A stretch of 64,000 nt of DNA from Octopus sinensis (lineage: Eukaryota): positions 169,818,001 to 169,882,000 of the forward strand of contig NC_042998.1 in NCBI RefSeq assembly GCF_006345805.1. The letters run 5' to 3'. Within the stretch, counting starts at the first letter, position 1; every line of letters starts with the position of its first letter. A model generated the notes under the pieces. It had not been told where the DNA came from. It worked only from the letters and a program-made list of their open reading frames with translations, and made no database searches. The translations under genes and the position numbers were made by a program. Positions 25,451-39,656 of the stretch are shown here, in pieces.

Positions 25451-25998
25451 CAGTGGTTCTCAACCAATTTTTGCCTATGGACTCCTGTGATTACTATTTT
25501 ACTCTACTTGGACTATTCCATGTATATAAAAAAAAAACCCCATCCTGCTGTAGGTTTATAATTAAATATTATTAGGAATTGTGTTGGGCAAATGTCTTCT
25601 ACTATAGCCTCGGGCCGACCAAAGCCTTGTGAGTGGATTTGGTAGACAGAAACTGAAAGAAGCCTGTTGTATGTATGTATATATGTGTGTGTATGTGTTT
25701 GTCCTCCCAACATCGCTTGACAACTGATGCTGGTGTGTTTATGTCCCCGTAACTTCAAGGTTCAGTAAAAGAGACCGATAGAATAAGTACTAGGCTTACA
25801 AAGAATAAGTCTTAGGGTCAATTTGCTCGACTAAAGGTGGTACTCCAGCATGGCCGCAGTCAAATGACTGAAACAAGTAAAAGAGTAAGAGTATATTTTG
25901 TGTATTGTAGAAAGTGTAAGCTATTTATTGCACATAAATTTTAGCAAAATCTTATACGGACTTCTAAGGGCCATATGGATCCTGGTTGAGAATCACTG
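25451..25998. mobile_element. hAT/Charlie-type MITE containing a nested 5'-truncated family A SINE (about 25584-25892)
   Basis: TIR cagtggttctcaacc / ggttgagaatcactg. Flanks ctgtagat(t) and ctgcaggt resemble a decayed 8-bp TSD. Confidence 0.8.
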
Positions 25999-26908
25999 CT
26001 GCAGGTGGTCTTTAGATGGTGTTTTTTAGTTTCAGATCAACCTTGATCAAGAAGACCTAAATAATCAAAGACAATCCAGCAGTGACAATCCTATCTATTT
26101 TCTTTTCTTTTCAGGCATTGTATACTCCAGACTGTACTGATCATTTCCTCTGCAAAAACTGGATAATATTGGCCCAGCTGAGAAATGAGCCCTGCTAGAA
26201 CACATTTGCAATTATGTCTGCTGAACATACCATTTGGACCAGGGTGTACAACCAGTTACTCACCCACTCCATCTTTTGCTGCTTAATTCCAACCCACTTT
26301 TTTTTCTTTTTACTTTATTTCCTTGTTGAAGTAAATCTGGGTCTTTTTTTTTTCTTGATAATTTAATCTTTCATACTTTTAATTTTTTTCCTTTTTTTTT
26401 TCTTCCTGTATAAATGTGTTAAATAAAAATTCATTTCTTGAAAAAATATCCCAACAAAAAAAAAACAAGAAAAAAACCCTACTTTTTCTGTCATTGGATC
26501 ATGGCCATGATGGGATACTATCTTGTAATGTTTAAGTCGATTATATTGTCCCTATAACTTAGCAACTTCCATTTGTCACTGAACTAAGTTGTACTATTTG
26601 GGATGCTGAATACTGAGATGGTTGGGGAGGGACAATACCTTGTCCTTGGGTTTTCCAAAATAAAAATGAAATATGAAAATAACATGAAGTGAACACTTCA
26701 TTTCTAAACATGTTACTCCTACACTTACAGGTTATACTCCATGTGAGTCATCTTTAAAAATATATGTGTAAGGGTGCCTAAATTCAGGTTTACTGGATCA
26801 CCAATAACACTAGGGCCAGTCCTGCTGTTAAGTTATAGGAGATAAACAAAGACTCCATTTTTTTTCAACTGATGTAAAGACAGACATAGAGCCAGCCAGC
26901 CAGCCAGT

Positions 26909-26956
<48 letters not shown>

Positions 26957-29774
26957 AATAGGTTTCTGCACAATTTCAATCTACTAATTTTACTTGCAAG
27001 GTATTGATTGATCACCAACCTGAAGCTATAGAAGATACTTAAGATGCCATGCAGTGGGACTAAACCAAAGGCCATATGGTTGCAAAGCAAACTCCTTAAC
27101 CACAGCCATGCATATGTTTATTTTGCCTTTTCTCTCACTCTCTCTCTCTCTCTTTTTTTTTTTTTTAAATAAGATGATGTGGTATTATTTGTGAAAGATT
27201 TTTTTTTCAACTCTGAAAGGAAGAAAGGCAAAACTTGACTTTGGCCAGATCTGAAATCAGAATTCAAGGAGAGCAAATCATCCTATCAACTGACAGTTTT
27301 GACGTAGTTTTTACTTAACAAATCCCACTCAAAATGCATGAATAATCTAGGGTAGAAAATACTTGTTCCAAAATGCAGTGGGATTGACCAGAATTACAAA
27401 GTTGTAAAGAGAATTTAAGCACATAATCCTGTCTGCACCCATAATCAAAGACACCCTAACTGTAAACATCTCTTTTTTTATATAAACAGGACCACATTAT
27501 CTAATTTATACTTCCTTAGTTAGGGTGTGATTTAAGGAGGGTTTGGCTACTTTTCTAACAGTAGCAAGCAATGACAGACCTTCCTTCTTCAGTTCAAATG
27601 AACAATAGTTCAACCATGGCTTCGTTGTCATGTAACAGATAGTTTCTAGATACTTCTTTTTAATGTAACACCATAAGAGGAAAGTCACCTTCATGACTCC
27701 AGATGAAAGTTTGAAGAAATTTGAACTCTTTATATTAACCCTGGCAAGGTTCAAAACCTAATCAATACCTCAAATATGGATAAACCTACAATTAAAGCAT
27801 ATAGCTTTCTTCCTATTTCTTTTAGCAAGAAACCTCACAATAATATTTTTCAGTATATTCTTGGTATTTTTATGAAATATAAATATCATCATCATCATTT
27901 AAAGCCCATGTTCTGTGATGGTAGGGGTTGGATGTTTTGACAAAAACTAATGGGCTTAAGGACTGTATCGGGCTCCAGTGTCTGCTTCACTGTGATTTCT
28001 ACAGCTGGATGTTCTTCCTAATGCTAGCCACTTTACAGCATGTACTGGGTGCCACCAACACTAGAGTGGTCACCAGGCAGCTTGTAAAACTTCCAACTAC
28101 AAGGTGGGAGATTGGCTTTATGCTAGGAGATGAGGGACTAAATTATGAGAGGTGGGGTAGAGTGGGTTCTTGGTGCAGAGGAGCTACATGGCTCATCATG
28201 ATTAGAAGAGAGGGTGAGGATGATAAGTAGGGGTTGCTAAGAGATAACTAGTAGTGATGAGGTATCTAGGATGACCCTCTCTGGTATGAAATGAGGAGAA
28301 GTGAGGAGAACAGAGGAATTAGGAACCAGAGTGTGTGGGGATTTATGCAAGGAATGGGGGAAGAAGAGATAGGGTCATGGGTGAGGAGAGGGGGAGGTAG
28401 GCAACAACTGTAAAGACTGAGTATTTATATTTTATAAAAGAAAAAAAAACAAAATAGCTTCTAAAAAGGCACAGGTGTGGCTGCATGGTAAGAAGTTTAC
28501 TTCCCAACCACATGGGTTTCAGGTTCAGTTCCACTGCATGGCACCTTGGTCAAGTGTCTTCTGTTATAGTCCAGGGCCAACCAAGGCTTTGTGAAATTGT
28601 GAATGGATATGGTAGATAGAAACTGAAAGAAGCCTGTTGAATATGTACATATCTATGCACATTTGTCTTTGTGTCTGTCACCCCACTTCCACTTGACAAC
28701 TGGTGTTGATTTGTCTATGTTCTTGTAACTTAGCAATTGGTAAAATGAGACCAATAGAAAAAGTATTTGATTTTAAAAAATAAAATAAAAATACTAGGGG
28801 TGATTTGTTCAACTAAATCCTTCAAGGTGGGGCCCTAGCATGGCTGCAGTCCCTAAGTGAAACAGGTAAATAATAAAATAGATAAATACCTAAGTAGCAT
28901 ATCAAACAACTATTAAAAGTCTTCAGAAAGGTATTTAGGTAAGAACTCCGTGATTTCAAGATTATTTATTGATAGCACTCACATTCAAACTGTTAATTCC
29001 AAAGACAAAATAACCAAACATTTGCATATTATATTCAACCAAAAATCAATGCCAAACATAAGGTATTTGTCTGTCTGCATCCAAGAGGAGGAATTATATG
29101 GACAAAGCTAGAGTGCATTTATGGATTAACAATATGTAAAGTGGACATAGATTACATGAAGAAAAGAGCATAGTTTCTCTTATATATGCAAGTCTGACTG
29201 AACAGTATAATCAAATACTGGGAGATGTTGACATTTGTGCATTGGCTATCTACCCCATGTAAACTTAAATAAGCTATTCAAGGACAATGATTATTTAGAG
29301 TGGATAAGGTTAATGGTTTATAAAAAGCATATGAGTCACTCTTTGATTTGGAAAAACTTGCATTTTTGTTTCTTTTTATTCAAGCATAAATGCGATTTAT
29401 TTAAATTCAACTATAGTTTATGTTATGCTGTGTTAGAACTGATAAATTTTCTTTATCTAAGCTGAAAGTAAATGAAAATTCTAGCTGAAGACAAGTGTTA
29501 TTGGTTAACACAATAATGACTTAGAAAAAGAAAATCTACTCTAAGAACACATGAAAAGTGACGCCACAAAGAATATTCCATTATAGAATAATAACAAAAT
29601 AGTGCTGATGGTTATCAGTTATATATATCTTTATCTATTACTCTTTCACTTGTTTCAGTCATTTGACTGTGGCCATGCTGGAGCACCGCCTTTAGTCGGG
29701 GAAATCGACCCCAGGACTTATTCCTTGTAAGCCTCGTACTTACTTTATTGGTCTCTTTTGCCAAGCCACTAATA

Positions 29775-30075
29775 CATACATATACATATATTATATATAT
29801 ATATATACATATATATATATACATACTTATATACATACATATATACACATATACATATATACACACACACACACACATATATATACATATACATATATAC
29901 ACACACACACATATATATACACACATATATAACTATAGATATATATATATATATATACATATAAATACATATAAATACATATACATATATATACATATAA
30001 ATACATATACATATATATACATATATACATATATACATACATACATATATATATATATGTATACACACACACATA
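29775..30075. repeat. (TA)/(CA) compound microsatellite
   Basis: Read directly. Confidence 0.95.
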
Positions 30076-31195
30076 TTACTCCAGATTAATAAAAGAAAAT
30101 AACCTTAGTAACATGAGGTCAGTCTGTTTATATGTGGTGTAGGGATGAAGTCAACTTAGATATGATAGATATCTTGATGGATAAATGTTATAATTAGATT
30201 ACTTCAAGTGTTGTTTCCTATTGATGCCAGGAGAAAAATGGACATAAATAAATGATGATGATGTTGATGATAATATACCAGTAAGAAAAATAAAAGGAAC
30301 AAAAACTCTTTAAAACTTCCATTTCCAGAAAACCATAAATGAATTCAATTTCAGTTTGGTGAAAGAAATCAAAAGTAAGTAATTCCAGGTGTTTGTCAAT
30401 CTGCCAACTAGAACAAACTGCAAATAATGATTTATGAGCGAAATCCAGTTAGAACAGTACTTTTATGTGGTCACTCAATATGCTAGAAACAGTAGTTAAA
30501 CTCTCCTTAAAATATACTTTATCATTTAAAAAATCAGGAAAACACATTGGATAAAAATATGACAGAATATCCTTAGTTGAAACACCTTTGATCAGAAGTT
30601 TGTAGGGAGATGTATGTAATTTTGGAGTTGTAGATGTTTTGCTCCAGGCCAGCTCTGAATAAGAAGTTTCTAAATATCAATTAAATCAAACTGTATCAAC
30701 GCTTCTCTCAAGGGAGGATTTCACCATGATACCATTTCTTAGAATAGTTAATTACTTGCTTCTGAGAGTAAACTACGAGATTGTTTCATTTCACTTGATG
30801 AAGTTTACAGAAAACAATTTAAGATTATAATTTTTTTTTTTTAATCTTATACTTGTCTCAATTTCTGAACAAAGCATTGCCTTGAACAGAACAAATTAAA
30901 CTTATTTTTTTATGTCTGGTACATATTGTATTGTATTGGTCTCTTGTCAAATTGCTAATTTATGGGAACCAACACAAGATGTCAAGTGGTAGTGGGGAAC
31001 AAACACCACACACAGACACACATAAAGGGTTTTTTTCAGTTTCCATCTACTAAATCCAGTCATGATGCTTTGGTTGGCCTGGGGCTATAGTAGAAGACAC
31101 TAGCTCAATGTGTTATACAATAGTTGCTAACTCAAAACCACATGGCTGGGAAGCATTTTACCTATATAGCCATGCCTATATAGCATCAGTGAGAT

Positions 31196-31313
31196 GCTTA
31201 CAATACCTAGGTTTCTCAAGTGTTCACCCATCTAAGTATTAACTAGGCTTGACATTGCTTAACTTCAATGATTGGATGAAAATTATTGCTTCCAAAATGA
31301 CATGGCCCTAAGG
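31196..31313 (-). pseudogene. 5S rRNA pseudogene (full length, heavily CpG-decayed)
   Basis: Minus strand ccttagggccatgtcattttggaagcaataattttcatccaatcattgaagttaagcaatgtcaagcctagttaatacttagatgggtgaacacttgagaaacctaggtattgtaagc is colinear with metazoan 5S (GGCCATACCAC..GATCACCGAAGTTAAGC..GGTTAGTACTTGGATGGGTGACC). Length 118 nt. Confidence 0.88.
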
Positions 31314-31829
31314 TATATAATTCCAAAGAGGTTCAATACAAAGCAATATTTTACTTTCTAATAACTAAGTAGAGGGACACCTGTTTAAGTGGAGGAGTTA
31401 TCTTTTCATCTTTTACTTGTTTCAGTCATTAGACTGTGATCATGCTATGGTAGTCAATATAACTGACCTTAAGTCAGGTGGTAAGCTGGCAGAATCATTA
31501 GCACACCAGGCAAAATGCTTAGCAAAATTTGTCCATCTTAATGCTCTGAGTTCAAATTCCGCCGAAGTCAATTTTGCCTGTCATACTTTTAGGGTCAATA
31601 AAATAAGTACCAGTCAAGTACTGGCATCAATGTAATTGACTCACCCACTCTACCAAAATTGCTGGCCTTGTTCCAAAATTTGAAGTCAATTTAGCTGACC
31701 TCAAGTATTTTAATGGTATTTACTTCATTCAAAACCAAAGAGATCAAAATCAGAATTTACTTTGGTGAGATTAGAAACCAAATATGACATTCATAATCTT
31801 ATAGAGTTCAAGCAAACATGTTTCTAGAT

Positions 31830-31976
31830 CAGTCATAAGCAACCTGTGGCTTGTGGGACATTCTGAATGGCATGCCTAACAAAATATTGTCTTGAATTTT
31901 TTTTAGAAGTGCACCCTATCTGATGAAGAATATTTCATGCAGCAAGCTTCTTGAAAAAAAAGATTGTCCATGCCTG
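31830..31976. mobile_element. Short hAT/Charlie-type MITE
   Basis: Ends cagtcataagcaacct / agattgtccatgcctg. 8-bp flanks ttctagat and ttatagac (6/8 identical, NTCTAGAN-like target). Confidence 0.6.
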
Positions 31977-32024
31977 TTATAGACCCTTCTGTAGTAACTA
32001 AAAAGAAATGCAAAAAGAGACAGT

Positions 32025-32027
<3 letters not shown>

Positions 32028-32087
<60 letters not shown>

Positions 32088-32499
32088 TGATGATGAGAGA
32101 TGGGGTGAAAGAAAGAAGTAGTGAAGGTAGTGCTGTCTTAAGTCTTGGACACACTGAGCAGTATCTGGAGTGGGGCCTCCACCAGTCTAGAGGCCCATTG
32201 CTAATCTATGCAAGTAAGCCGTAGTAGTTTATGTAGTGAACCCAGCACATAAAAAAGGGGAAGAGAAAGGGAGAGATATAGAGAAAGTGAAATGAAGGAG
32301 AAGCAGAAGTAAATAGAAAAATAGAGAGAGAGAGAGAGAGAGAGAGAGGTAAAGAAAAAAGTCAGAGATAGAGAAAAAGAGAAAGATAGAGAAAAAGAGA
32401 AATACATAGAAAGCAGCTGAAGAAAAGGAAGAGAAAAAGAGGCACATAAGGAAAGAGAAAATGAGAAAGAGAGGGACAGAGATGAAAAGAAGGATAGGT

Positions 32500-32562
<63 letters not shown>

Positions 32563-32580
32563 AAAGAAGCAGAGAAAGAC
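32028..32580. repeat. (AG)n microsatellites and purine-rich low-complexity tract
   Basis: Read directly. (AG)n at 32028-32082, 32322-32348 and 32502-32557. Confidence 0.93.
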
Positions 32581-34772
32581 AAAGTGCAGACTAAAACTTC
32601 TTCACATCCTATGCACCTACAAAGAAATTATTTTGTGTTGACAGATGCAGAAATTGTTACTTTTAAATAGTTCCTCATCCTTTACCTTACCTAACTGCAA
32701 TAATGTATAGCAGACATATGCACTCTCTCATACACACTTTGTGTATATGCTTTAATCTGCATCCATTTAAAATAGATATTCATTTCACTGTTTATTCTTA
32801 TTTTTAAACTTGTACATTTGACTACTTTCGCTGTCAACAGTTTTGCTGCTACACAAACTGTAAACCCTTTTTTTTGTGGTTTCTCATTGCTTTTCATCTT
32901 GATGCCATTTTACTAGCATTGCAAGCTGTGTAAGATCTGTTCATTTCATTTATGGGCTTTCATAGAAGTTTGTTTCCCAAGCACATGGTTTTGGATTCAG
33001 TCCCATTGCATGGCATCTTATTGAAGTGTCTTTTACTATAGCCCTGGGTCAAACAAAGCCTTATGAGTGGATTTTGTAGACAAAAACTAAAAGTAGCCCA
33101 TCAAGTGTTGGTGTGTGTGTATGTTTGTGTTTCCTTACTTTGATGTCATATGTTAATTACAAACAAATGTCTCCTTCATACAAGCAGTGTTGTTTGTTTA
33201 TATCTTTTTGTGACAAGAGATGTCCATCCAGTTGTACTTGTTCATGTTCAAAGGTTTAGGGAATATATTATCTCACTTCATCATCCTTCTCATTTGACGT
33301 CCATCTATCATGCTGGCATGAGTTGGATGATTTGACAGGAGTTGGCAAGCCAGGAGATTGCACTAAGCTCCACTGTCTGTTTTGGTATGGTTTTTACAGT
33401 TGGATGCCTTTCACAAGAAATAGGTAAGGATTGGTGACAGGAAAAACATTCAGCCATAAAAAGTCTGCTTCAAGAAATTTTCTTTCGTCCATGCAAGCAT
33501 GGGAAAAATGAATCTTATAACACTGATGATGATTATATGTTAGTTACTGAGACAGTAGGGATTGAACTTGAAGCTAAAACTACATGAACTATATGACACA
33601 TCCTGCTAGTACAATAATCCTTTACTAAATTCTCACACAAACTCCCACCCACCCACATGATCTCTGCTATTTGATGCAGATTTTATGAATTCTAAATGAA
33701 TAATTTACTAAGTTGGCCTCATTGGTCTCAGCAGGATTTGAATCCTAGCTAGAATCATAGACTAAGTTTCTCACTGGCAAATTGTATCTACATCAGCAAT
33801 ATATAATGTCAACTAGAAAAGCCAAAAGAATTTCTTGTCTCAGCAGTGGAAATAGTTAGAAAGAAGAAATATTTCTTTTAAGTGGTTGGAACTACTTTAG
33901 GAATGTGGGATTCAATACACAAATTTCATGCTGAACAAATGCGTCAAGCAAAAGAATTGATGAACAATGAATGGTCTTTATCTTTCTGTTTGGTTTCTGG
34001 CATGTTTTGAATTTAGCATTAATGATATATTTCAGCTAATGATTTTTTTTTTGTCACAAAATCCCAAAGCCAAAAATAATACTATAACATGAATTTTTTC
34101 AGATAACTGCCAACTGAGAAACAAATTCACAAACTGTCATAAGACAGACAATAGGCATGTTAAAATTAAAAGAAAGCAAACAAGATAAAAACTAAGTGCT
34201 TTTTAGCAGAGTGAAAGAAATTTCCTTCAAAACACAATAGATGTAGTTAATTTATCACAGTTGACTCTTTAAAAATGTTTCTTTAAAACATCTTTCTTAG
34301 CAAGCTAGACAATTTTTTTTTTTAAACAATTCAAAGTACAAACACAAAAAAAAGTGAAAAATAAAGTACTTTTCTTGATGTTTTATACATTTTTGACAAA
34401 TAGAAAACAAAACTTGGGGAGAACATGAGGGATGAAAGGGGTGGTCAAATGGAAAGAAGGATATTTTGAGAAGAGAAAGATGAGAAAGACACTGGTGACT
34501 GATTTGCCACATTGCATTTTAGCAAACCAGTTATGCAGAAGATTTATCACATCTTACTAGTCACCAATATTATTTTTCTTTTCTTCTTTCTTTCTTCTTT
34601 ATCTTGACAGTGTGAGCTTTCTTCTGTGTTAAGCACACCCTGAGAATTAGGGTTTAGAAGTGTCAAGAACTAGGAAAACCCTAGAGATTTTTAGAATAAA
34701 GTAAAAAGAAAATCTGTGATATATAGGAAAAAATGACAGAAAAAAGTCTACATTTTCTTTTACACTGTACAC

Positions 34773-35063
34773 CAGTGGTTTTCAAACTATATGCTGTGGT
34801 GTATTGGTAAACCTTGAAGGGTATCTGGTGCAGCATGGATTTTAAAGAATATAGTTTAAGGCTTTAGAAAACCCATATAAATGCTTGAACTTCTTGAAAA
34901 ACGTAATTTTGTTATACACAAATATGATTAATAAACAAGATAAGCAGTAGGTTTTGATATTTTTTCAAAAATTTTAATTATAAAACAGGTTTTTATCTTA
35001 ACTTTTTATGCAAAATATAGCAGTAGCAGTGTATCACAGAGTTAAAGGCATTGAGAACCACCA
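34773..35063. mobile_element. hAT/Charlie-type MITE
   Basis: cagtggttttcaa ... ttgagaaccacca, with flanks ctgtacac and gtgtagac (6/8 identical). Confidence 0.6.
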
Positions 35064-36050
35064 GTGTAGACAATTAAGTCAGTCAGATCATGAGAAATCA
35101 TTAACCATTAACAATAATTAACAATAATTCAGTGTAAAGAGGTTTATGAGCCAAGCCAAAATAGAACTCAATTCGATACTTATGATCTGAAGACAGAAAT
35201 ACTGTAATTAAATGAAACAACATAAAGGAGATATATATTTCTTGAGTTGAATATGGGAAGAATGGAGTTATCTAGCACAAGATGTGAGAATAGAATGGTT
35301 GGCTGGCAAAAGAAGGAGAGCAAGGTTCAACTGGGGAGCTTGAGTAAATGCTTCCTTTTCAAGAAGAACAAAAGCGGTTTTAAAGATTCAAATTAAATTA
35401 CTTTATTCAAAAGCTTCATCATCATTGTTTAATGTCTGCTTCCATGCTGGCATGGGTTGGATAGTTTGACAGGAACTGGCCAGTTGGGGAGCTGCTCAGG
35501 TTCCAACTGTTTATTTTGGCATGGTTTATACAGCTGGATGTCCTTCCTAACACTGGCCATTTCACAGAGTGTACTGGATGCTTTGTATATGGCACCAGCA
35601 CAAGTGTTTTTATGTGATACCAGTACAGGTACTTTTATGTGGTACCAGCATCGGTACTTTTACATAGCACTGGCATGGACAATTTTTTTGTGGTGCCAGA
35701 ATGGATGCGCAACTTACATATCTGAAGAGCCTTTCTCACTACTTTACCCCATGTCTTCCCGGGTCAACCCCTACTTGTGGTAGACCCAGGAAAAGCTTAT
35801 CTATAAAATAGTTTTTTTATTATTAGAACATTCTGAAATTAATTATACTTTTGTATACTGGTCAAAATTGAATAATATAGCCAACAGTTAAAATAATTAA
35901 GAAAAGAACAATCTCCTTTTTGACCAAAGACAGAAAATGAAAAAAAAAAAACAATGTTATGCTTTAACAAATAGTTATTAAACAAAGAACAACTCTTTTT
36001 CAGCAAGATTTTTAGGTTTTGTTCTTTTAATCAAAGAATGTCCTTGACAT

Positions 36051-36085
<35 letters not shown>

Positions 36086-39000
36086 AAAAAACAAACTACT
36101 TTTAGTTTTGAAATAAATGAAGAAAAATTGTTAAATAAGCACATTTAGAAAATAGTTGTTTCTGTATGTACAGCCTCAAAAAGAATGAGCTGGCAAAACT
36201 AGATATACTTTGTGATTATTTTAACACTATATTTATTGCTATATATATCTTCATACTCTAAGTTTTATAAAAGATTTAATACACAAACATTCTTCTTAAG
36301 AAAGTACATTAGTCCTCCACCTTCTCTTCTTCTATTTCACACTAGCATGGTTTGGATAAATTTGGATTGTAAAGTTGTAATATTTTGTTAATCAAGATTT
36401 TTATGGCTTGTAATTTTACCACAAAGTAAAGGATTTTATAGCTTGCTGTAATTGAAAGATTTCACTCATTTCCCACACCATAGTAGTCTGAATAAAATAA
36501 TTTGATCAAAAAACATGAATAGCAACAGCAGTGGGATATGAATTTTTAAACTGAGAAGAGTTAGAGAAGTCTCGCCATCTTCTCTCTCTTTTCCACACAC
36601 ACTCACAAAATATCAGAAGTAGTCTGATAGAAAAATGAAAGAGATAGAAAAAGGAGAGAGATAGACAGGCAGCAATAGTGAGAGATTGAAAAAGAAAGGA
36701 AAAGAGAAGCAAGAGAAAAAAAAACAAAGAAAAACAAAAGAGAACATATAATAAAATAAAAAATGTAATAAAGCAAGAGAAATGTGGGTAAAAGGAAAAA
36801 AAGATACAGAGAAGAGGAGCAGAAAGAGGGGAGAATAGAAAAGGGGAGGGAGATGGGCAGATACAGACAGATAATGAAGCTCCCTCCTCATCCTCACCCC
36901 AAAATATAGACAGACATAATGAAGTAGAAGAAAAAAGACTGTAGAAAGCAAAGGAGCAGACAGTGGTGTATCTTTTTATTGTTTTTGTTTTGTCAGTAAG
37001 ATTGTCTGACTAGTAAGTTTCTAGTTTTCTTAGAATAAAAAAAAAAGATAAAATAGATTTTTCTGCTAATACCTGAAAATTCTATGTGGGGACATTAAGA
37101 ATGTCTCAGACATAGTGACCAGGAGATGAAAAGTTCCAAGTAAGTTATGGATGAAAAGAAACAACCTATGGATAGTTTTATATGAAAGAAAAAAAAAAGG
37201 GGCAGAAAATACACCAGATTTGAAAAGCATGGAGAAGAATGGAAGGGGAGAGCGAGGGAGAAAGCGTGTGTGTGTGTGTGTGTGTGCATGTGAGTAAGAA
37301 TGTGAGTGTGTCTAATGGGTATAGCAAATGTTGCTTTTCTATATTCTTATTTTCTTTTTTATGTATCTGGAGTACCACTAGTTGATGCAGAAAGATGGTT
37401 ATTGTACAAGATAGAATCTGTACTCAGCAACTCTTCTCTCTTCCACTTTGGTGACAGAAACATAGCAGGAGCTGCTTAAAGGCTGTCTTTTAATTGGCTA
37501 CCAAAGACATGGAAATGTAAAGGAAAAGAAGGAAGCTGCTGTTTTTCCTTCCACCTCCCTCTCTAGTCTGATACATGTGGCACACACAATCCCTAAAGAG
37601 AGCATTGAAACATTTGTAGTATTAAACTACAGCAGTCTCCAGCAAATAGATCTTTGTGACCTAGTAGCATACATGGGCTGAGAAAAAGAGAGAAAGAGGA
37701 ACTGAAGAGAAACAGACATAAACAAGCACAACGTTGATGTTCCTCATCTCCCTCTCTCTCTTTTCTCCCTTCTCACAGTCCAGTTTATTATTTATTAAAT
37801 ATACTTTACTGACAGTAACTGTATTATACTTTTTCCATAACAACCTATTTTTTGTATGCCAAACTAATAAAATAGATTTTGGAAATATTCTACAGAAATA
37901 CTGTTCCTTACTGTTTCATATTGGGATGGCAGCAGTATGTTTCATATTGAAGACAATCTGTTCCATGTCATACTTTACAGCAGGCCTGCACAACATTATA
38001 GCCTGCTGGGTCTTCTTGTGTGGCCTGTGATGTATTTGGAAATAATATTTACAAGAAAACCAAGGGATAACACAACAAAACTAGCAGGAAAAGGAACATT
38101 TTCTATACAGCTGGGTGCAGAATAATTCAAAATAAAAATTTGTCCTTCAGTTCTCTTATTCAAGAGTCTCAATTAAAAATACAAATAATCAAAACATATT
38201 TATTTATTCATTGAAAATCTACTGCACTTGAGAACTTCTGATCTCTTTATAGGAAAGGTTAATTTTTGTGTCCAGCAAGGATACTAAAAGTACTTTTCAT
38301 TTGACTGTAGCCACACCTTCAAGGGTTTGGGCACTACCTTCAAGGGTTTGGTTGAACAGATTCACCCCAGTACTTTTTTTATTTTTTTAAAGCCTGGTGC
38401 TTATTCTATCTATATTGAACTGAGAGATGTAAACACATCAACACTGATTGCAAGCAGTGGTGGAGGAGCAAGCACAAACAAAAACATATACACACATACG
38501 AATATATATATATATATATATCATCACCATTTAGCGTCCATTGTCTATGCTGGTATGGGTTGGATGGTTTGACTGGGCTGGCACATTGAAAGGCTGCACC
38601 AGACTCCAGTCTGATTTGGCATGGTTTTCTATGGCTGGATGCCTTTCCTAATGCCAACCACTCTGAAAGTGTAATGGGTGCTTTTATGTGCCATAAATAC
38701 AACGGGCTACTTTTAGATTCTGTCAACTAAATCTACTCACAAAGCTTTGGTTGGTCCAAGCCTATAGTAGAAGACACTTGCATAATGAGCCATATGGTGG
38801 GACTGAACTCAAAACCATGTGATTGGGAAGCAAACTTCTTACCGCACCTATACATATTTTATCTACTACTTGTTTCAGTCAATAGGCTGCAACCATGCTG
38901 GGGCATTGCCTTGAAGGGTTTTTAGTTGAACTAATTGATCTCAGTACTTTTTCTTTTTAAAGTTCGGTACTTATTCAATCAGTCTCTTTTGCTGAACCAC

Positions 39001-39656
39001 TAAGTTTCAAGGATGTAAACATACCCAAACCTATTTTCAAGTAGTGGTAGCAGGAGACAAACACAGACCCTTTCTACACATGTGCAAAAGGCTTTCATAC
39101 AATTTCTGTCCGACTTCATTCACAAGGCATTAGAGCAGCTAAGGTTTATAGTAGAAGACACCTGCCCAAGGTGTTGCACAGTGGGATTGAACCCAAAACC
39201 ACACGGCTGTAAAGAGAGCTTCTTAACCACATAGTTATGCCTGTACCTGAAGACCTGTCCACTACAGCAGAATATTGGTGCTATATAGAAAGCAGTTGTG
39301 CGGATACCTTGTTAAAAGTACTGGTACCACATAAAAGCACCCAGTACTCTCTGTGGAGTGGTTGGCATTAGGAAGGGCATCAGCTGTAGAAACCAAATTA
39401 GAACAGACAATGAAACCTGGTGTGGCCCCTGGCCTTACCAGTTCTGGTCAAACCAGCCAACTCATGCCAGCATGGAAAACAGATGGTAAATGATATATAT
39501 ATATGATGATGATATATATATAAAATTCATCCACAAGTCTTTTGTTAGCCTGGTACTATGGTAGAAGATACTTGCCTATGCAGTGAAACTGAACCCAGAA
39601 TCATGTGATTAGAAAGCAAACTTCTTACCACAGCCACACTTATGCCTGATATATAC

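Noticed and set aside
33880-34010. Short protein-like frame MWDSIHKFHAEQMRQAKELMNNEW as a coding exon
   Set aside because: No convincing splice donor and no recognisable homology.
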